A stretch of 64,000 nucleotides of DNA from an uncultured Prevotellaceae bacterium (GCA_947165505.1 CAMVAT010000017.1:7253-71252); one strand, 5' to 3'; positions 35,920 through 44,935 are shown, numbered from the stretch's first letter. Translations and numbers: made by a program. Notes: generated from the letters alone by a model not told the origin.

Positions 35920-38900
35920 ATGAAAAAACTATTACTGTTATTGATGGCGGTATTGGCCTCGGTCGGGGTCAATGCGGCGAAGTTTACTTGGACGTCTGAC
36001 GACGGACAGTACACTGTGACGGCTTCTAACGTCGGAGATGAGACCCAGAAACTGGAGGTCAATAAAGAAGGGGCTTTAGCCGCATTCGTTAAGGCAACGA
36101 AAGACTTAAGCGATTCCGAGGGCGGCTCATTGAAAGGTGTCGGTGGCAACAGCCAGCGCGTCAACTTGATCGTAGAAGGTCCGATGGGCGCTGACGACTT
36201 CAAGGCGATGAACTCTTCTACAGTTTCACGCTGGGGTAATTTCAAGAACATCGACCTAAGCAGTGCCACCATTTCGGGCATCGGCGACATGGGCGATATG
36301 AACCTGAGTGGATTGGAATATCTCCGTCTGCCCAATGGTCTGACCAGTGCTAAAGATGTACAGTTGATGTCAACATTGAAAGATGGTGGGAAAAATAACA
36401 ACTTGAAGATTGCTGGAGCCGTCAACTCGGAAGATAAGACGGCCTATTCGCTTCACTCTTTCTCTTCCAACAATGTACAGAATTTTCTTGATATATTCTT
36501 TGGAGGCTATAATGCCGTAGGAGCCGGCGAGGCGCCAGAGAAGAGCATGGTGCGTATGTCCGGCAACCTTGGTGACAAGGATTTGGTAGGTGGCAACGGC
36601 ACAGGCGGATTGAATTTCGGCAAGGTGTTAGCTTTTGACTTCACCGGTGCCACTTTTGATCCTTATACCATTCCTAAACTGTCTGTCTCTGGTTATACTG
36701 ACCCCGAGCATCCTTACGCAAGAGGGAAGGGTGATTCTGCGCCAAACGACCCGTTTGCCGAACCCGATATTAAGGGTACTATGGTGCTTGATGGATATGA
36801 AACCAACGCTCTGTATTTTATCAACGGCTACGAGATGTTCACTTCTATCATCCTGCCCACAGGCAACAATGACATACCCCCGCAGGCCTTTAAGGACAGA
36901 ACTGCACTCACAAGCATCTCTATCCCCGAAAACTATATCACGATAGGTCATGAGGCTTTTCTCCATTCAGGTATCACCGAAGTGGTGATTGGTAAGAATG
37001 TAAAGACGATTGAAGCTGGTGCTTTTACGAATTGTACGGAACTGCAGGATGTAAAATTCCAGCCAGGCCTGGATGACCAGATCTATGGACCAAGCGTATT
37101 TTATAACTGTCAGAACATCAAGCACATCGTACTGCCAGAAGGTATTAAAACATTAGGTGCCTTTATGTTCTCTGTTAGTAAGGAGGTTGAGTCTGTCCGT
37201 CTTCCTGAGACCCTGGAAAACATCGGAACAGGATGTTTTTGGGATTCAGAGTCGCTGAGCTCTATCACGTTGCCTTCAAACGTGAAAAAGATAGGCAAGC
37301 GAGCTTTCTGTTTGACCAGTATCAAAGATATTTATCTTACAGTGCAAGACCCAGAAAAACTGCCGATGATTTTTACACTGGGTTCAAACTTTGAAAATGG
37401 CGATCAGGATGCATCGTTTGGAACGAATGTCATCAACAACAATGGCTCAAACGGAAAAGAAAAAAAGACACATGCAGAAATAGCCAGTGAGACCTGGGAA
37501 GAAGCATGTCTGGATTTTTACTATGTGAATGGTACTGCAACATTGCACTACCCAGAGACATTGGCAGAAAAAGTGCGTGAGGATATTTCTCTTCGATATG
37601 CTCATACCACATCAGATGGTGGAAAAATCCCTGATCGTAACACTTGGGTAGATGGTTATTCTCAAGAAAGAGCTTGGAGTGACTTCGCTCTCCGTACTAC
37701 AGTAGATAATAGCGGAACTATAGGCACAAATGGTAAAGGTGTCTGGAGCACAGATGGTTGGGCTCAATTCTTGCTGATGGGGGCTTACGATCCTCACACG
37801 GAAACCATCGTTCACACCAAGGAATATGATGATGTGTGGTACACAATGTGCTTCCCCTTCGACCTCACCGATGAGCAACTGGCTACGGCTTTCAATGAGG
37901 GCTTTAATATCGTTGACTTCAGTGGCGTTGAAATAAAAGAGGCAGAGGAAACGGTGGACAACAAGAAAACGCTGATTCTGCACTTCAATACCGTAGGACA
38001 AACGGAATATCGAGATGAGGATAACAATGTCTATAACAAATTGGAAAAAGACGCAGACGGCTTTAATATCTTCGAACGCAATGGCGACAGATATGTGCAC
38101 TATTTAATTGCTAAGGCACCAGGCGCTAAAACCTATGTAAAGCAGGGCACCAAAGAACCTGTTTGCTATATTGAGGGTTACTTGGCTACTGCCGGACACC
38201 CCTACATGGTGCACCCGAACACTGGCACCTCTCCGGGCCAGCCGAAAGTGGCATGCCACTTCTCGGGCATCAAATGGATTGAGAGTACAGACGATAGCAA
38301 AACGACAGATGAGGTGCGTGCTGAGTTGTTTGAGGCCCGGAAACGTATGATTGACTTGGGCGTGGAAAAGAAAACAGACAACTATGTACAGGAGGCATAC
38401 GAAGGTTATAGCGGTCAGACTTACACTTTCAAGGGCAACCACAAAGTCTATAGAGATGGTTGGGAGTCCGATCCCGAGGTAGCAGATGAACCTCAATTCA
38501 CCATCGATTTCCCAGAAGTACCCGTCCAACCGACACCCGTTGAACCAAGCACACCCGAAATAACTGAGATACCCGTTCAAGGTGAAAACCCGCGGGATGA
38601 TAAAACCACCTATCCGGATGCATTCCAGACACTGTATGATACGGATTGGACTGATTATTATTATGATTCTAATACAGGTGAACGTTATGGAAACGGTCAA
38701 CCTAATTCTGCAACATACGGATTCATTCTTACCATAGCAAATTGGGATGCCAATACGTTCCAATGGAAGGTTCCCCTGAGGAGTTATTTTAATACAGGTG
38801 ATGCTGCCATAACAGAGGCACAATTCAATCAAGCAAAAGCAAAAGCAATAGCATTTAAAGATGCCCTTGACGACTATAATAGCTATGATGCCAAACTCGC

Positions 38901-39489
38901 AGCATACAATGCCAGCAAAAAGGAATGGGATGATTATCGAGCAGCACTCAGTTGGAATCAAGAGGAAGAAGAAGCTAAATACACAGCAGCGTTGAAAGCC
39001 TATCAAGATGCCTGGGATCAATATGTAATAGATCATGCGGCTTGGGAGCAGAAAATGGCTAATTATGGCATACTGATTCCTAAAAACGCTTACTTCCTTG
39101 GTCGTAGGAGGGCTACAGACTTTCCTAAATACTACCGCGAGATTGCCGATGACAGCACACCGCGCACCACTGGCCTGTGGACACAATACACAGCCATCGT
39201 TATGCCCAACGATGCTGCAGTAGCCGGCATCGAGGCTGAACTCGACGGCAAGAAGGCATCGGCCAACGGATTTAACATGGTCATTGACGAGAATTTCACT
39301 GCCGAGATGGTGACACCCACTCAGATCAAGCAAATCGTGGCCGAAGCCGAGGAGAATGGCGAGAAGGTGGAGTACATGAAAGTGGTGTACAACATCAACG
39401 GACAGGTGGTGCGCGAAGGCGACACCTCACTCGAGGGACTGCCCAAAGGCATCTACATCGTGAACGGCAAGAAATATTTTGTTCGCTAA
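35920..39489 (+). CDS. BspA-type leucine-rich-repeat surface protein with a T9SS C-terminal sorting domain
   Basis: Signal peptide MKKLLLLLMAVLASVGVNA. LRR_5-type repeats (ISIPENYITIGHEAFLHSGITEVVIGKNVKTIEAGAFTNCTELQDVKF, IVLPEGIKTLGAFMF, VRLPETLENIGTGCF, ITLPSNVKKIGKRAF). C-terminus VVYNINGQVVREGDTSLEGLPKGIYIVNGKKYFVR. Clearly AT-richer than its neighbours. Confidence 0.8.
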   Translation: MKKLLLLLMAVLASVGVNAAKFTWTSDDGQYTVTASNVGDETQKLEVNKEGALAAFVKATKDLSDSEGGSLKGVGGNSQRVNLIVEGPMGADDFKAMNSSTVSRWGNFKNIDLSSATISGIGDMGDMNLSGLEYLRLPNGLTSAKDVQLMSTLKDGGKNNNLKIAGAVNSEDKTAYSLHSFSSNNVQNFLDIFFGGYNAVGAGEAPEKSMVRMSGNLGDKDLVGGNGTGGLNFGKVLAFDFTGATFDPYTIPKLSVSGYTDPEHPYARGKGDSAPNDPFAEPDIKGTMVLDGYETNALYFINGYEMFTSIILPTGNNDIPPQAFKDRTALTSISIPENYITIGHEAFLHSGITEVVIGKNVKTIEAGAFTNCTELQDVKFQPGLDDQIYGPSVFYNCQNIKHIVLPEGIKTLGAFMFSVSKEVESVRLPETLENIGTGCFWDSESLSSITLPSNVKKIGKRAFCLTSIKDIYLTVQDPEKLPMIFTLGSNFENGDQDASFGTNVINNNGSNGKEKKTHAEIASETWEEACLDFYYVNGTATLHYPETLAEKVREDISLRYAHTTSDGGKIPDRNTWVDGYSQERAWSDFALRTTVDNSGTIGTNGKGVWSTDGWAQFLLMGAYDPHTETIVHTKEYDDVWYTMCFPFDLTDEQLATAFNEGFNIVDFSGVEIKEAEETVDNKKTLILHFNTVGQTEYRDEDNNVYNKLEKDADGFNIFERNGDRYVHYLIAKAPGAKTYVKQGTKEPVCYIEGYLATAGHPYMVHPNTGTSPGQPKVACHFSGIKWIESTDDSKTTDEVRAELFEARKRMIDLGVEKKTDNYVQEAYEGYSGQTYTFKGNHKVYRDGWESDPEVADEPQFTIDFPEVPVQPTPVEPSTPEITEIPVQGENPRDDKTTYPDAFQTLYDTDWTDYYYDSNTGERYGNGQPNSATYGFILTIANWDANTFQWKVPLRSYFNTGDAAITEAQFNQAKAKAIAFKDALDDYNSYDAKLAAYNASKKEWDDYRAALSWNQEEEEAKYTAALKAYQDAWDQYVIDHAAWEQKMANYGILIPKNAYFLGRRRATDFPKYYREIADDSTPRTTGLWTQYTAIVMPNDAAVAGIEAELDGKKASANGFNMVIDENFTAEMVTPTQIKQIVAEAEENGEKVEYMKVVYNINGQVVREGDTSLEGLPKGIYIVNGKKYFVR

Positions 39490-39508
39490 AAGAAAGGAGG
39501 ATACAGCA

Positions 39509-39760
39509 ATGAAAAAACACTATATCAAACCCGAAGTGGAGATAACGGCACAATGGTTTGAAAGCCATCTATGCGCCGGCACTGAAACAGGACAGCGCAT
39601 GGCCGACTGGGGTGCTAAAGGCGTCAACGACTACAGCAACAGCGCCTGGGATAATGAAGGATGGGGAAACACCACCACCCCGGTGATTATCGCTGGCGAT
39701 GACAACGGTGAACTCAATTCTACCGGTAACCAATACAACCTCTGGGAAGATGAGGATTAG
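39509..39760 (+). CDS. small acidic hypothetical protein (83 aa), no signal peptide
   Basis: MKKHYIKPEVEITAQWFESHLCAGT...NLWEDED. The ATG lies 20 nt after the LRR stop, preceded by AAAGGAGGA. Its last 11 nt overlap the next gene's start. Coding status unproven. Confidence 0.45.
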   Translation: MKKHYIKPEVEITAQWFESHLCAGTETGQRMADWGAKGVNDYSNSAWDNEGWGNTTTPVIIAGDDNGELNSTGNQYNLWEDED

Positions 39761-41381
39761 CCTGATGCTGATGACTCTGGGCCTGATGCTGCCGATGGCG
39801 GCACAGGCCCAAAGTTTCTCCGACAACTGGACACTGCCGTTCATTGCCGGAGAATTGGCGCCTGTGGCCCATACGCAAGAAGCGACATCTACGAGGCGGG
39901 CAGCTGCCGACGGAGTCTATTACCTGCGCCCGGAGGGGGCCTTCTACCAAGGCATGAGACCGCAAAACTGGTCGTACTACCCTGTGACGAAGATCATCGT
40001 CACACCGTGGCAGGCGTTCACCTACGAGAACCGCTGCACCACCACAGCACAATGGAGCATCGAGGGCAAGGACGTGAGCGCAGATGCCGACGGCCACTAC
40101 ACCGAGACCATTGAGCCCATCCCCGACGGATACATCGACCACTACCTGCCTACCGTCACGGCGGGCGATAAGAGTTACACGCTGGGCGAGGGACACGAAA
40201 ACTGGACCAAATACCACGGATGTATCGCCTGGGCCGACAGCATCGTCGAGATGGCTGTCTTTGACCCCGGACGTGTCATCCGACGGAGCGGCACGACGGT
40301 ATATACCAATTTCCGACCGCTGTCGATGACCGAAGGCCTGCGCTATAACTACGGCACCATGAGCATATCATCTGACGGCGACACCTACTACAGCCGAGGC
40401 GTCAGGCAGACATTCGAGAAGCCGATGGGCCGCCTGTGGGTGCAAGAGGTGACCATCCCGGCCATCAGCTATGCCGAGACGCTGCTGCCCGACGGGAAGG
40501 CGCTCACCATGACCATCAGCACCACCGCCGATGGCGAGACGGCGGCTGCGACGCTCGCCACGCTCACCTGCACGCCGGCCGACATCCTCATGATCGGATC
40601 GCAAAACGTGGGCGGCAACAAAGTGACGATGGCTTCACTCAGGTTTCACGCCGCCGACGAACTGGTCATCGACCAACCGTTTATCATCGAGATAGAGGGG
40701 TTCCAGCAAGAGGGGGTTGACATCGGGCTGGCGGCTGCACTCATCGACCCGTGCGACCAAGAGCGATGCCACACCGCACTCATCACGCTGCAGGATGAGA
40801 ACCATCAGGACATCAATGCCACTACATCGTATGCCGACCGGGTGCCCTGCATCAGTATCCGCGGTATGTACGACGGCATCAAGATGCTGACCGACGACGA
40901 TGCGCTGCAGCTGACGGCTCCCACCGAAGGCGGCGCATGCACGCAAGAGGGTGGCAACACGCCGGCCAAGATACAGCTGAAGACGGCCATCAGATGGAAC
41001 TACGGACTGGCTGATGCCAACTACACCATCGAGGGCCTGCCCGACTGGCTGCACGCCACGGTGGATGAAAGCCGGCGTGAGTTCAGCGGAGGGCAATTCG
41101 GCCACGGACAGGTGACTCTCTCCTTCACGGCCGACAACACACCCGACAACACACCCGACCGCAAGGCGACGCTCTACATCAAAGGGCGGGGCGTACAGAC
41201 CACCACACCCATCGTCGTCAGGCAAAAGGGCACATGGGTTGACGCCATTACAGAAACAGGCATCCTACCGGCAGATGAGCCGGATGAAGCCATCTACAAC
41301 CTGAACGGCCAACGTATCAACAAACCTGCGAGAGGCATTTATATCAAAGGAAAGCAAAAAAAGATAAAAAGGAATATATAA
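39750..41381 (+). CDS. secreted protein with a BACON-like domain and a T9SS-type C-terminus
   Basis: Signal peptide MRISLMLMTLGLMLPMAAQA-QS. BACON-like segment GQVTLSFTADNTPDNTPDRKATLYIKGRGVQTTTPIVVRQKG. C-terminus AIYNLNGQRINKPARGIYIKGKQKKI. Confidence 0.6.
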   Translation: MRISLMLMTLGLMLPMAAQAQSFSDNWTLPFIAGELAPVAHTQEATSTRRAAADGVYYLRPEGAFYQGMRPQNWSYYPVTKIIVTPWQAFTYENRCTTTAQWSIEGKDVSADADGHYTETIEPIPDGYIDHYLPTVTAGDKSYTLGEGHENWTKYHGCIAWADSIVEMAVFDPGRVIRRSGTTVYTNFRPLSMTEGLRYNYGTMSISSDGDTYYSRGVRQTFEKPMGRLWVQEVTIPAISYAETLLPDGKALTMTISTTADGETAAATLATLTCTPADILMIGSQNVGGNKVTMASLRFHAADELVIDQPFIIEIEGFQQEGVDIGLAAALIDPCDQERCHTALITLQDENHQDINATTSYADRVPCISIRGMYDGIKMLTDDDALQLTAPTEGGACTQEGGNTPAKIQLKTAIRWNYGLADANYTIEGLPDWLHATVDESRREFSGGQFGHGQVTLSFTADNTPDNTPDRKATLYIKGRGVQTTTPIVVRQKGTWVDAITETGILPADEPDEAIYNLNGQRINKPARGIYIKGKQKKIKRNI

Positions 41382-41414
41382 GCGTTTCAACTTATATTAT
41401 TTTTAGCACTTCTT

Positions 41415-41450
41415 CAGGGATGCGATGTGAATCGCGTCCCTGTCTTTTTT
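41415..41450 (+). terminator. intrinsic terminator after the surface-protein cluster
   Basis: CAGGGATGCGAT-GTGA-ATCGCGTCCCTG (12-bp stem) followed by TCTTTTTT. Confidence 0.65.
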
Positions 41451-41494
41451 ATTAAAAAACAGGCCAGACACAACCATATTTCGCATTTTTTTTC

Positions 41495-41502
41495 TAATTT
41501 TG
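41495..41502 (+). promoter_or_regulatory. -7 box TAATTTTG, about 420 nt upstream of the HTCS-like regulator
   Basis: Exact TAnnTTTG match. If it is used, the whole composite repeat at 41517-41921 is transcribed as the 5' leader. Confidence 0.35.
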
Positions 41503-41516
41503 CCACCGAAATCCTA

Positions 41517-41921
41517 AAGAGGTGAGAGGATAGTTGAGGGGCAGGGGATTTCTGAGGGGCGGGGAGCAAGGTGCAAGGGGCAGGAGATTACTTTGCCGCC
41601 CTGTCCCTACTTCCAAGCACTAAACCCTCAACCCTACCCCTCCGTTCAGGTGGAACCAGCGGTCGGCGGCCGAAGGGAAAGCCAATTGCAATCCACCTGA
41701 GTAGAAGAAAAAGCATTTGCAATGCTGCTCTCGGATTTCAAATCCTGTATTCCATGCGTCAGGATTACAAATCCCGACGAACGGGGACTTTGAACATTGA
41801 ACATTGAACTTTATGATTACCTCTCTATCCCCCATTTATCGTGATAGGCGTACTATCTGCTCCCCTCCCTACAAGGGAGGGGCTGGGGGGTGGGTCTGAT
41901 TGCAACTAAACCCTCAACCAA
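41517..41921 (+). repeat. composite repeat element filling the leader of the fructan regulator
   Basis: Module order: AAGAGGTGAGAGGA, G-tract 41537-41588, half palindrome, CACTAAACCCTCAACCC, the GGTGGAACC...TCCACC hairpin, three GGATTNNNAATCC-type palindromes, TTGAACA x2.5, the CCCCTCCC-TACAA-GGGAGGGG hairpin, and CTAAACCCTCAACCAA abutting the ATG. Confidence 0.9.
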
Positions 41922-44429
41922 ATGAAATATCTGCGACTATTTCTATACTTCACTGCCATGACACTATTGACGGCTGCGTGCGCCGACAACGACACACGCT
42001 ACCGCATCGGCGTGTCGCAATGCTCGGAAGACATCTGGCGCAACTGGCAAAACGCGGAAATGAAGATGGAGGCCAACTTCCACGACGGCATTGAACTCAT
42101 CTTCGCCTCGGCGCAAGACAACAGCGAGCGACAGACACAACAGATCGACAGTCTGGTGGCGGCCGGCATCGACCTGCTCATCGTGGCGCCCAACCAACTG
42201 CAAAACGTGTCGCCTGCCATCGACCGCGCCTACGACAAGGGAATACCCGTCATCGTGTTCGAACGAAAGACCGACTCGCAAAAATACACCGCCTTCATGA
42301 GCGCCGACAACTATGAGATGGGACGGCAGATGGGACAGTACATCGCCACGCGCATGGGGGGCAAGGGACGTGTCATGGAGATTCTCGGACTGAAAGGCTC
42401 TTCGCCCGCCGACGAGCGCCACAAGGGTTTCCGAGAGGTCATCGACAATTACCCGCAAATAGAGGTGACAGCCGAACTGCAAGGCGACTGGACCGAAGAG
42501 ACGGCCTATGGGCAGGTGCTGCAATACAAGGGCGACCTGTCACAGATTGATATGGTGTTCGGACACAACGACCGAACGGCCATCGGTGCACGACGCGCCT
42601 TCATCGAGCGCGGCGAAGACAGCACACTCACCCTCTTCTGCGGCATCGACGGACTCGCCGGGGCCAACGGGGGCATTCAGCAGGTGCGCGACTCGCTGCT
42701 CGAGGCCAGCTATATCTACCCCACACGAGGCGACCTGCTGCTCAAACTGGCGCTCGATATCCTCGACGGTAAGCCATACGAGAAAGAGACGCTGCTCAAG
42801 TCGGCCATCGTCACACACGACAACGCGCAGGTGCTGCTGCTCGAAAGCGACGAGGTGATGCGACAGGCGAAAAACCTTGAACAGATGCACCAACAGGCCG
42901 ACAACTATCTCAAAGAACTGGCCAACCAACGCACGCTGACACTGCTCGCCATCGGTTTCATCATCCTGCTATGCCTGCTGCTCGCGGCTATCTACCTCTA
43001 CTTCAGGCAGAAAGCACGCATCGCTGCCGAACGGACGAAAATGGAGCGCGAACAGCTCGACTTCTACACCCAGGTGAGCCACCAACTGCGCACGCCGCTG
43101 ACACTCATCGAGGGACCGCTCGACCAACTGGCACTGACCGACGACATCCGGCAGGCCGACAAGCAGGCAGCAGACCTCTTCGCCATCGTCAGACGAAACA
43201 CCCGACAGTTGGCACAGCTCATCAACCGCATGCTCGACGCGCAAGCAGGAGGCAGCATCGACGACGACAGTGCCGCACAACACGTACAGACCACGACCAT
43301 AACGACAGAGACGACAGACAATCACCTACACGCTGATACGGCCGTTCACGACGACATTCCTGCCGACGACGACCGCCACACGCTGCTCATCGTGGACGAC
43401 AATGCCGACATACGCGCCTACCTGCGGCATATACTCAAAGACAAATACCACATCTGCGAGGCCGCCGACGGACAGGAAGGACTGCGAGTGGCCAACGAAC
43501 AAGTGCCCGACCTGATTGTGTCTGACGTGATGATGCCCGTGATGAACGGACTGGAATTCTGCCAACACATCAAGAAAGACATGATCACCAGCCATATACC
43601 CGTGATCCTGCTCACCGCGCGCGCCCTGAGCCAACACCAGATTGAGGGATATGAGAGCGGGGCCGACGCCTATCTGACCAAGCCCTTCTCGGCCGAACTG
43701 CTCACCGCCCGCATCGACAACCTGCTGCAAAGCCGCCAACGCCTCAAAGTGCTGTGGGGCGACACCGAGGAGCTTTCTGAGGGGATTTCCGAGGGGCAGG
43801 GGCTTTCCGAGGGGCAAGGGGCAGGGGGCAAGGGGCTTTCTGAGGAGCAGGGAGCAGGGGGCAGGGGGCAGGAGAATACTATCCCCATCACGAAAGCTAA
43901 TGTCCAAACTCCTACACTCCCAAACTCCCAAACTCCCAACTCCCTAAACGACCAAACAACCACCTCCCCAAACTCCCAAACTCCCAAACTCCCAAACTCC
44001 CAAACTCCCAACTCCCTAAACGACCAAACAACCAAACAACCAAGCGACCAACTCCCCTCCCCCCAAAACGCTTTCATCGAGCGGTTTAAAAAAGTGGTGG
44101 AGCAGCATCTCGACAACAGCGACCTAAGCGTGGAAGACCTGAGCGCTGAGATGCACCTGAGCCGCGTGCAACTATACCGCAAGGTGAAGGCACTCACGGG
44201 TTACAGTCCCATCGACCTGCTGCGCAAGGCACGTCTGGCTCGCGCACACGCCCTGCTCAAGGCTGACAATGAGCTCTCCGTGAGCGAGATAGCCTACCAG
44301 ACGGGATTCTCATCGCCCTCGTACTTCACCAAATGCTTCAAAGAAGAATACGGCATCGTGCCGGGAGAGGCAAGAAAGACCTCCCCCTCAGAAAAAATAC
44401 AAAATCCTTGCAAATGTGATTTTTTTTGA
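41922..44429 (+). CDS. hybrid two-component-like regulator: periplasmic sugar-binding (PBP1) sensor, TM, HisKA, receiver, AraC HTH; no HATPase_c domain
   Basis: PBP1/LacI-type periplasmic domain (IGVSQCSEDIWRNWQNAEM...LIVAPNQ...GIPVIVFER). TM helix LTLLAIGFIILLCLLLAAIYLYF. H-box FYTQVSHQLRTPLTLIEGPL. REC domain LLIVDDNADIRAYL...DLIVSDVMMPVMNG...ILLTA. HTH_AraC SVSEIAYQTGFSSPSYFTKCFKEEYG. This is the architecture of the fructose-sensing BT1754 type minus the ATPase domain. Confidence 0.8.
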   Translation: MKYLRLFLYFTAMTLLTAACADNDTRYRIGVSQCSEDIWRNWQNAEMKMEANFHDGIELIFASAQDNSERQTQQIDSLVAAGIDLLIVAPNQLQNVSPAIDRAYDKGIPVIVFERKTDSQKYTAFMSADNYEMGRQMGQYIATRMGGKGRVMEILGLKGSSPADERHKGFREVIDNYPQIEVTAELQGDWTEETAYGQVLQYKGDLSQIDMVFGHNDRTAIGARRAFIERGEDSTLTLFCGIDGLAGANGGIQQVRDSLLEASYIYPTRGDLLLKLALDILDGKPYEKETLLKSAIVTHDNAQVLLLESDEVMRQAKNLEQMHQQADNYLKELANQRTLTLLAIGFIILLCLLLAAIYLYFRQKARIAAERTKMEREQLDFYTQVSHQLRTPLTLIEGPLDQLALTDDIRQADKQAADLFAIVRRNTRQLAQLINRMLDAQAGGSIDDDSAAQHVQTTTITTETTDNHLHADTAVHDDIPADDDRHTLLIVDDNADIRAYLRHILKDKYHICEAADGQEGLRVANEQVPDLIVSDVMMPVMNGLEFCQHIKKDMITSHIPVILLTARALSQHQIEGYESGADAYLTKPFSAELLTARIDNLLQSRQRLKVLWGDTEELSEGISEGQGLSEGQGAGGKGLSEEQGAGGRGQENTIPITKANVQTPTLPNSQTPNSLNDQTTTSPNSQTPKLPNSQTPNSLNDQTTKQPSDQLPSPQNAFIERFKKVVEQHLDNSDLSVEDLSAEMHLSRVQLYRKVKALTGYSPIDLLRKARLARAHALLKADNELSVSEIAYQTGFSSPSYFTKCFKEEYGIVPGEARKTSPSEKIQNPCKCDFF
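43766..44066 (+). repeat. about 300-nt composite repeat translated in frame in the REC-HTH linker
   Basis: G-tract (GAGGGGCAGGGGC...GGGGCAGGGGGCAGGAGAAT) followed by CCCAAACT octamers and two copies of CCCAACTCCCTAAACGACCAAACAACC. This is the same module order and polarity as the intergenic elements. Confidence 0.9.
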
Positions 44430-44430
44430 T

Positions 44431-44438
44431 TATCTTTG
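44431..44438 (+). promoter_or_regulatory. -7 box TATCTTTG, 2 nt after the regulator stop codon
   Basis: Exact TAnnTTTG match; about 500 nt upstream of SusC. Confidence 0.4.
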
Positions 44439-44444
44439 CAAACA

Positions 44445-44704
44445 TCTTCAAGTGAGGAGACCTAACATATTGGATTGATATTCGAGTGGCTGACTCTTTT
44501 CAGACCAAACTGCGACCTTGGGAATAGAATAGAGAGTACAGTACCGACACCATCATACCCTCCGGGTGCATGTATCAACGGCGTGCGCAACGGAATGTGT
44601 ATGGCTGACGATGCAAAATAATGGTGTGGACTGACGTTTCATCTATTCTGAGGTTGTCGCAGACCCGGTTTGAAAGTGAAACGCTCATTGTCCACACCTT
44701 TTTT
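44445..44704 (+). ncRNA. candidate ~260-nt PUL-associated small RNA or structured leader
   Basis: Bounded by the -7 box at 44431-44438 and by a long hairpin (GGTGTGGAC at 44623-44631 pairing with GTCCACACC at 44690-44698, plus an inner ACGTTTCA/TGAAACG helix) followed by T6. There is no ORF of 60 aa or more. Confidence 0.3.
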
Positions 44705-44887
44705 CATGCTGTGATACTATTTAACCGATGCTGAAGTGTGAGTGCGCCACCTTCAACACTGCAAAGGTACAACAACGAATGAACCATGACTTGCAATCTT
44801 CGTTCATTTCGTGAGAATAATGTTGCAATGTAACATTTCTTGCACCCGATGAACGATTTTTGAAACATGAAAACACCTTAATGACGC

Positions 44888-44895
44888 TATTTTTG
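44888..44895 (+). promoter_or_regulatory. -7 box TATTTTTG proximal to the fructan SusC
   Basis: Exact match 41 nt upstream of the ATG at 44936. Confidence 0.45.
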
Positions 44896-44935
44896 CACCT
44901 AAATCAAACCTATTACTAATCAAAACATCAATGCA

